Below, piece by piece: positions 59,301 through 64,000 of a DNA stretch of 64,000 bases; within the stretch, counting starts at the first letter, position 1, and the number at the start of each line of letters is the position of its first letter. Made by a program: the position numbers and the translations under genes. Under the pieces are notes generated by a model. The model saw only the letters and a program-made list of their open reading frames with translations. It was not told the origin of the DNA and made no database searches. The DNA is from a virus. The DNA lies in the IMG/VR virus record IMGVR_UViG_3300042445_000748, positions 1 to 64,000 of that record. One strand, given 5' to 3'.

Positions 59301-60662
59301 AAATAATGTAGACATACGAGCAAACTGAAACTTACCAAATAGTTGCTCAATTGCTTGAGCACGCTTCAATGGTTCTAACTTGTCTAAAGCCAAACCAAAA
59401 TCTATTACAAGTTTTTTAACGTCTCCCTTATTTGCTTCCACAATTCCTTTAAGGTTAATGCCCATGCCACCAAGGAATTCTGATGCCTTTTTGGTTGGAT
59501 TAATTAAAGATGCCAAACCAGACTTTAATGCGTTAGCACCTTCTCCAGCCTGAATACCACCTTCACGCATTGCAGTCATAAAGAATGCTAAGTCTTGAAC
59601 ATCACCACCAAGTTGTTTGATTACTGGTGCTGCTTTAGGAATTGCAGTTGTTAAATCATCAATGTTAAGAATAGTTTGGTTTTCTACTGCGTTTAAAAAG
59701 TCAATATTTTTTGCTAAATCTTCAGAAGCAATACCAAATGTTGAAGTTAAAGAAATTAAAGTATCTAAAGACTTTGCTTGATCAATGTTACCAAGAACTG
59801 CAAGTTTAGATGCTTGTGTTACTTGTGCCATTAAATCTGCACCAACTTTACCAGTTGCAGCCACATCAGCAGCCATCTTCATAGTATCTGCAACGGCTAC
59901 CCCATACTTAGTAAACTCGTTTGCAAGTAGTTGAACATCCTTTAATGCTTTAGTAGCATCTGCTGTTGTTGTAAACATATCACCGTAAACACGCTTAAAT
60001 TTAATGGCCTGCTCTTCTAGTTGCATAAAAGTTTTTGCTGCAACTGTGCCAAAATATAATAATGGTATTGTAAAACCAACCATAAGTTGACGACCAGCCC
60101 ACTGTGTATTCTTACCAAAGTTTAATAGATTTGTAGAGCCTTGTTTTAATAACTGATTAAGCAGTGCTTGTCGTTGAGCAGCCATTGCTGTTTTAGTTGC
60201 ATAGTCATTCATATCCAGTGCTAGTGGACGTATGGACATTGCCTTAAGTGCACCACTTGCATCTCTACCCATTTTAATATATTGGGTTTGTAATGTTTTT
60301 ACATTTTCTCTTGCAACTTTATTGATTGTGTCAAATTCTGATTTAAATAATTTACCAAAAGTTTTTGTAGAAGCACCAGCATACCTGAAGTATTCCTTCA
60401 TTGTAAATTGATTTTTTTCTAGTGCTGTATTAAAAGCGTCAGTAGTTGTTCTGATCTTTTTCATTTCGGCATAGAATTTGCCGCCAGCGTTTATTTGATT
60501 TGCTAGGTTTTGAGAAAGGTTATTAGATACTGCAACACCTGCAGCACCTGTTTTTGCCATTGAGGTGTGAAAGGCTGATATCTGGCGTTGTAACGCTTTT
60601 AATTGCGTTAACGCTTCACCAGTGTCAATACCAATTTTTATATTGGACTCTACATCAGCCAT
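53343..60662 (-). CDS. tape measure protein
   Basis: 2439 aa; Ala/Gly-rich helical; TP901-type core (ANALKS.LASL.NP); TM segments; VPAMLTPGEF. Confidence 0.95.
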   Translation of the reverse strand: MADVESNIKIGIDTGEALTQLKALQRQISAFHTSMAKTGAAGVAVSNNLSQNLANQINAGGKFYAEMKKIRTTTDAFNTALEKNQFTMKEYFRYAGASTKTFGKLFKSEFDTINKVARENVKTLQTQYIKMGRDASGALKAMSIRPLALDMNDYATKTAMAAQRQALLNQLLKQGSTNLLNFGKNTQWAGRQLMVGFTIPLLYFGTVAAKTFMQLEEQAIKFKRVYGDMFTTTADATKALKDVQLLANEFTKYGVAVADTMKMAADVAATGKVGADLMAQVTQASKLAVLGNIDQAKSLDTLISLTSTFGIASEDLAKNIDFLNAVENQTILNIDDLTTAIPKAAPVIKQLGGDVQDLAFFMTAMREGGIQAGEGANALKSGLASLINPTKKASEFLGGMGINLKGIVEANKGDVKKLVIDFGLALDKLEPLKRAQAIEQLFGKFQFARMSTLFQNVIKEGTQAQTVAQLTSATVEELAILSEREMKKIEDSPMYKFKKQIEDLKVTLVPIGAEFLKALTPVVEFFSKILNKFNDFSDGTKQFITYFTAILAGIGPVVLMSFGLLANGLANIIKGFTAIKGVFNRAGQSSTVLGMQTDYLTQQQLEAAAVAASLDQTHMKLTQSFNSEAEAIKRLAASYNQAVAAQRAFGLGGVPGKGPRPQPKGYAKGVVSVPGNGTGDKVPAMLSPKEAIIPAPMAKKYAPLISGMIANNIPGFAKGRDPNNSAIYGGQSKLMGPYTMFAPGNTAGGFGMDKGFVNEKGFSQSLRNSAIAAVGVEENMRLTKKAIEQLAPEITMYTDEIANEVRKTAIDSNHISEAFAKAKPKIDAILNRMTAAGGSAARSVPGLQKLMYPTDEDIRQGGNLRKPGVVFNNKTGEITRSTIYSARTGNASSFQSKSAGVERVLPIENPGGKALSRAHVVPENRVLAGPNVPITGSGIGNPTNRAAVAEIQRKSRKIAKDLNITANRAVSQSLDSMSQGINEAFQNKSPSKKMRKAAQDGAQGAIVGMQESVDDFQRVGRQLGQAGASGVSSSQSANALYGKSTGITATDKSIRRQQDKLAKQGILSGSNNQGTSSQSKSAIGQRLSSGMGTAAMSASMVAMMGSMAPGKIGEISQKLMMPLMALTLITPLLSSKFGALAVGVGAIVGLYVQQRMAMDKARDAAIDLAEKTGASSKSIQELAEFAGNVSASEIMNRRRSDGIKQYQTVQGKTTFGESFVTGEKGQALTKAVGQNIAANGVSGAGGSLTNQLATAVTSGALSAQEARSIALNMGDQMGNMAFGLKVNAELTKLLGPNGENLVKDPLKVRMELVDQGNKQLQMSNAAATRATRVTGKDVKSFGGNVAAGAGAGALAGAVVGSVVPVIGTAIGAGVGTAVGAIAGGIRGMTERKTRMSAAAGGNLAMSAIALQQNQQMLDGLQVEYEKRIEIARAAGDTAKADKLQNEYITSRQKLLDKQQETTQIIDDNFANSSGAMQKAYQDSADKMATKAYEGTMFGDVVPLAQDAIAASQGSKLAKVRLTMEMANKNIDPATMISLLDSFGDNKKDLDAVMNIITKFGGTSAARVEQISSLFLDSKGEIDKEAQKNFLLNVEGAANDQEAQDTIDFYEQLTMTGGELDIAYLVNYYENNKDARDNLNNLYDQIKENKGKLSYDVATTFLPPEYLGAIDKEYFDKLTENERQVYLNEIATVMSIQDKTVFDGDPEVQKWLGEPASIGGGEKYRNASFPVQKQQYANALGQKKTNAMDPTVATPTKPEDDAGSGGGPTGSPLDDIVKKLRDVRKATQELTVGWDASGKALKKLSKETLGFGGLAQKLRGQGANQNTIDFITGLSAEDYDKYKGMFKDISVLQKALNNIALGEYQNDQEKIVADTNNQAVAFKKLVNAGMPVADAYEAIKDNAFAAAVASEKTNKSLTSIVSSKAKAIVAQFKNAMSMGNYSEAFDPGYNAAMKYFDIQEQIIRLGRKGEINKEKLIVDNAEKQIKIAQRIQAANSYLISRYEDGLNTINDEAEKINNKYDKQFKLLDKVQKVNEIIARQEQGRLSVAQALSEGDVYAAARAAQELRAQNAASSLEQQRIGMENARDNQINGLTSNGLTRDQLEEKVKNLKNQNYRIDQDTIAPLQEQARLSQVKLDIIDEEIKSATEILRIAGMTKDQWEEQRIKIDAADFATGRYNQSIRNSQEAVTILKDKWQEVINKMNEYNSGKLEGTVNPNAPVGKKETKRVKNKDGSTTIYYDDGTQETIDIPKASSGSGGTGGNSGGSSSSQNLSSLSASQKATLSTGLLKTAAQNLAYTPAKTILDNKMKPIATIPAQAPNANQLATARYSAMAAAYLTPKKKALGGMISKFASGGFAVGTDTVPAMLTPGEFIVSKYGVDKFGVDNLKAINKGNYEQSSSVYNYNLSVNVKSDANPNEIARTVMMQIKQIDSQRIKGNRI

Positions 60663-60687
60663 TCATTAGTACCTCTTTATTTAGTTT

Positions 60688-61008
60688 TTATGGTAAATTA
60701 TTAAGAAGTGCTGCGTCTGATAGTTTAACACCAGATGCCTCTTCAATAATTTGATATACCGTTGGAAGATCCATATTTTCTTCTAACGCTGCTAAGTCTT
60801 CTGCAAGTTCTGGCTTGTATTGTTTCATTGCAATTTGAATACATTCCATTAATATGTTCATTGATTTTTCGTTATCTTCTGCGACCGCTGCTACACCTTC
60901 GAATTTCTTCATAAAAGGACGTAGGAGAGAAATTTTCAGTGGTCTTACTTTGATTTTAGTGCCGTCAATAAGCGTAACTGTTTTTTCTTCGTTAACAGTA
61001 GTTGCCAT
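60688..61008 (-). CDS. tail assembly chaperone, short form
   Basis: immediately upstream of the tape measure; paralogous to the N-half of 61059..61742. Confidence 0.7.
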   Translation of the reverse strand: MATTVNEEKTVTLIDGTKIKVRPLKISLLRPFMKKFEGVAAVAEDNEKSMNILMECIQIAMKQYKPELAEDLAALEENMDLPTVYQIIEEASGVKLSDAALLNNLP

Positions 61009-61058
61009 TTTTCCTCCTTATAAGGTTAACCTTAATTATATCACAGAGGACCTATATT

Positions 61059-61742
61059 TTAACCAACAACCTCTTCATACCCCAAACCATTCCCAATCCC
61101 AAACCCTGCTTTCTTTGCTTTGGCTCCACGAAGGTTTGTTATGTCATTGGCATCTTTTCCATTGTATAATACTCTTTTTTTCATATCTTCCCAAGCATTA
61201 TCACTCTTATCTTTATCTATATCTACTCCTTGCATTGCCGCTGCAAATTTTTTATCATTATGATCAAACTCTCTTCTTACTTCTAGAATAGATATTAACT
61301 CTGGCATAGATAGTGCAAGTTCTAGTTCTTCATAATTTTTCCAAGCACCTATTAAAAATACTTCTGATTCTAATTTGGCTAAATCTAGATCTTGCCAACT
61401 AGACCCACTGCTTTCTGATTTAGCCTGACTTTCAATAGTCTCTTCTTTTTCACTACTTATTGTTATTCCAGCACAATATTCCAAAACCTTATATACTGTT
61501 TTTATATCTAAATTATCTTCTATTAGTTCTACTGAATCAGAAATGGATGGATAAAACTCTTGCATTGCAATTCTGACAGATTCAACCATCATCTCTATGG
61601 CTTCATCTTCTGTGCTATCTTTATCTATTTTATTAAAACTGTCTAATATACCTCTTAGGTATTTTATTTTTGATGGGCCAACTGTTATTTCTGTACCGTC
61701 GATTAATTCGATAACATTTTCTTCATAAACTTTTGTGGCCAT
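61059..61742 (-). CDS. tail assembly chaperone, long form
   Basis: between major tail protein and tape measure; C-terminal W....ELE..LSMPEL segment. Confidence 0.7.
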   Translation of the reverse strand: MATKVYEENVIELIDGTEITVGPSKIKYLRGILDSFNKIDKDSTEDEAIEMMVESVRIAMQEFYPSISDSVELIEDNLDIKTVYKVLEYCAGITISSEKEETIESQAKSESSGSSWQDLDLAKLESEVFLIGAWKNYEELELALSMPELISILEVRREFDHNDKKFAAAMQGVDIDKDKSDNAWEDMKKRVLYNGKDANDITNLRGAKAKKAGFGIGNGLGYEEVVG

Positions 61743-61759
61743 TAAACCATTATATCAAA

Positions 61760-61789
61760 TAGAAAAGCCCACCGTTTTATGGGCGGGCT
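61760..61789 (-). terminator. intrinsic terminator after major tail gene
   Basis: AGCCCGCC-loop-GGTGGGCT followed by TTTCTATTT on minus. Confidence 0.75.
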
Positions 61790-61808
61790 AATCTTGTAAA
61801 ATTACTTA

Positions 61809-62462
61809 CTAAGCAATTGTACGATCAACAATCTTACCATACATACCGTCATCTAACGGTAACATACGGAAAGTTACGTCAAACATAGATGCTGCATCAC
61901 GTTTTGCTGATGCTACTACGTTTTCGATTGACAAAGCACGGTATCCGATATAGATACGTTCCTTATCGATTGATGGGTCACCAGTTCCTGGACCAACGGC
62001 TACTATACCACGTTCTAGAGGAACGTCGCCTAGTTCACCTGAGTTGATGTCGAATTCTTGGCTTCCTTCTCCAACGCCACTTGTTGCGGATGATAATTCA
62101 TATAAATCATTTGTGTTTGCTGCTACTGCCACTAGAAGGTTTTCTAGTGTTGCTTCTGCAAATGATGTTGCTAAAGATACTTGCATGCCGTCTTTGAAAA
62201 GACGAGCAACGTCAAGAACTTGATCAACTTGAACTTCACCGAAAGATGGTTGGAATGTAAGTTCAATACCATTACTGGTATAACCTACGTTTGTAAAAGC
62301 CTCAGCATTAGACAAAGTTTCTTTGTATGATGTTGCTGCTTCAAATGCTGGTAGTGGTCCACCTGCAGTACCGATTGTTTGTGCTAAAGCACCGTCATTG
62401 TATGTAAACAGTGCGGCTGCACCAACGATAATGTTGTTGGACGATCCACGAGAATATGCCAT
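61809..62462 (-). CDS. major tail protein
   Basis: NIIVGAA, VGYTSNGIEL, VDQ, EATLENL; strong AGGAGAGGT SD; followed by a terminator. Confidence 0.85.
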   Translation of the reverse strand: MAYSRGSSNNIIVGAAALFTYNDGALAQTIGTAGGPLPAFEAATSYKETLSNAEAFTNVGYTSNGIELTFQPSFGEVQVDQVLDVARLFKDGMQVSLATSFAEATLENLLVAVAANTNDLYELSSATSGVGEGSQEFDINSGELGDVPLERGIVAVGPGTGDPSIDKERIYIGYRALSIENVVASAKRDAASMFDVTFRMLPLDDGMYGKIVDRTIA

Positions 62463-62544
62463 TTATTTCACCTCTCCTTGTAAAGGGTTTTCTTATTTAG
62501 TTGTAAAGCGATGTTTCCTCAAGGTCAAGTATAACACCATTTTG

Positions 62545-63078
62545 TTAGCCCTTATGCCAGTCATAATCTAAAATAATCTTGTTTCCCGCAAAGGTTCTGG
62601 CTGTTCCAAAGTCTATGATGTCTCTAGTCTCTTGAAGTTGGTAGGTTTTAAAGGTGTGAAAATATAGAGGAAGGGACATATCCTTAAGTGCTATGTTTGG
62701 GCCAGGTATAACTGTGTCCTGATTGTCTCTTATCCATTTGTTTATATCAACTGCAGACTCATCCAATGAATTTAAAAGATCTTGAATTTTTTGACTTATG
62801 ATGATTGTTCTTTCAATTGCGTCTTCACCAAAGTTATAAAAATAGTACATTATTTGTTCACAATATATGTGTGGAAATGTTTTTCTATTCATTCTAAACA
62901 TTCTGTCATATACTGCAAATGTTCCTGTAGACTCTGGAAATGATTCAGTTAGAGCAGCAATATCTGTTGGGCTAGTAGGAAAAAACGGTATTGTAAATTC
63001 TTGATCAAAAAACTCACTAATCTTATTTTGTAAATAAGCATTAATCAATGACGGTGGATGATGTATCGTAGCAGCCAT
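62545..63078 (-). CDS. putative tail terminator/completion protein
   Basis: position just upstream of the major tail protein. Confidence 0.5.
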   Translation of the reverse strand: MAATIHHPPSLINAYLQNKISEFFDQEFTIPFFPTSPTDIAALTESFPESTGTFAVYDRMFRMNRKTFPHIYCEQIMYYFYNFGEDAIERTIIISQKIQDLLNSLDESAVDINKWIRDNQDTVIPGPNIALKDMSLPLYFHTFKTYQLQETRDIIDFGTARTFAGNKIILDYDWHKG

Positions 63079-63746
63079 TATGCAATCACCGCATTAGAAA
63101 TCCATTTATATCCAGTTGAATACCCAACACCTTTACCACTGCGTTTTCCTGCTGCCATATTGGTTTTAAATACTTGTGGTCTTTTTATATAATCATATAG
63201 ACCAGATGCTTTTAAAAATGATTGTTTAAAATATTGTAGAAAAAACATATCTATAGTTGACTCAAAACTACCCTGTGCATCTTCTCCACCAGGGCTAGAT
63301 ACTGAAACTGGATTTCTAGTAAACACTGTTTCTCCATCTTGCTCAAAAACCAATACAGGTGATTTCTTAGGTCTTATTATAACTGGAATACCGTTTTCCA
63401 TTATTTTTGCTTTATTATAAAAAGGAGTTGTTGATCCATCTTTTACTTGAGATGATTGTGTAAATGTGGACATCACTGATAATCCTAATCCACTAACAGT
63501 ATATTGTATATCAAATAATCTTGATTCTGGACTTCCAGATTTATACCACTCATAAACATGTTGCAATGCTGCTGGATCTATCCTAGCGTTTGTGTCAACA
63601 AATTGTTTTAAAACCTCTATAGTTTGTTTTCCAAGATTATTTAAAAATAACTTTTTGCCACCCTCAACTCCTTCTAAAAATCCCATAGAGTATTGAACAA
63701 TATTGTCCATATCTCTTTTAAATTGTTTTGTGTTAAATGTTATCAT
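63078..63746 (-). CDS. putative neck/tail completion protein
   Basis: position; HVYEW, KAKIMENG. Confidence 0.5.
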   Translation of the reverse strand: MITFNTKQFKRDMDNIVQYSMGFLEGVEGGKKLFLNNLGKQTIEVLKQFVDTNARIDPAALQHVYEWYKSGSPESRLFDIQYTVSGLGLSVMSTFTQSSQVKDGSTTPFYNKAKIMENGIPVIIRPKKSPVLVFEQDGETVFTRNPVSVSSPGGEDAQGSFESTIDMFFLQYFKQSFLKASGLYDYIKRPQVFKTNMAAGKRSGKGVGYSTGYKWISNAVIA

Positions 63747-64000
63747 AAATCTATCGCCTGACTATCAGACCTTTTAATTACAATTTTATAGTATTCTGTT
63801 TTTCCAAACAAACCAGAGTATGGGCTTAGTGTTGCAATTTCAAAAAGACTTGATTTACCAGCACGAACCCCACCTGTTTCAACATATATAGGGTTACCTT
63901 CTCCATCTGATATGTTTGTTATAAGAAGATTAGTTAATGCAATTCCACCATTTATATCATCAAATCTAATATCGCTTGGAACTCTGCCTCTTAAAACTGT
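63743..64000 (-). CDS. partial head-tail connector/closure protein (runs off window)
   Basis: open frame ...LLITNISDGEGNPIYVETGGVRAGKSSLFEIATLSP...KRSDSQAIDL*, with ATGA overlap. Confidence 0.55.
   Translation of the reverse strand, partial: TVLRGRVPSDIRFDDINGGIALTNLLITNISDGEGNPIYVETGGVRAGKSSLFEIATLSPYSGLFGKTEYYKIVIKRSDSQAIDL

Noticed and set aside
60688-61742. Programmed -1 frameshift joining the two chaperone ORFs
   Set aside because: The ORFs are separated by 50 nt containing a promoter and SD, the long ORF comes first, and the two are paralogs
1-64000. Stop-codon reassignment
   Set aside because: Long genes are intact in the standard code; TAA, TAG and TGA all end tightly packed genes; no suppressor tRNA seen
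1-64000. Bacterial chromosome or integrated prophage
   Set aside because: No integrase, att site or host housekeeping operons visible; dnaE, recA and dnaB are embedded among phage structural and packaging genes

Overview
A 64-kb segment of a large, low-GC, long-tailed (siphovirus-like) dsDNA phage genome, almost entirely encoded on the minus strand. WhiB, a DUF1524-type secreted HNH nuclease, a DnaE-type polymerase, RecA, a Cas4-like exonuclease and frequent leaderless promoters suggest an actinobacterial host, possibly a low-GC freshwater lineage (inference). From right to left in transcription order: neck and tail genes (major tail protein, two paralogous tail chaperones, a 2439-aa tape measure, tail tip; 45.8-64 kb); replication and recombination genes (helicase, primase, SSB, DnaE, RecA, resolvases, exonuclease; 31-45.7 kb) interrupted by five tandem 2OG-Fe(II) oxygenases; terminase (27-29.4 kb); a secreted/membrane protein block, an Ntn protease and three tRNAs (23-27 kb); and a large accessory region (1-23 kb). 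The most striking feature is an expanded set of tailoring enzymes: 11 2OG-Fe(II) oxygenases, 5 SGNH-like (GCS...DxxH) paralogs, four of them around a NodU/CmcH carbamoyltransferase, two GT60-like (Skp1 hydroxyproline GlcNAc-transferase-like) and one GT61-like glycosyltransferase, 3 dUTPase-fold-like paralogs, a methyltransferase, an AdoMet decarboxylase and two degenerate APS-kinase-like proteins. Together they suggest an uncharacterised hydroxylation/glycosylation/carbamoylation/acylation pathway. All family assignments come from motif recognition by eye; no searches were run.
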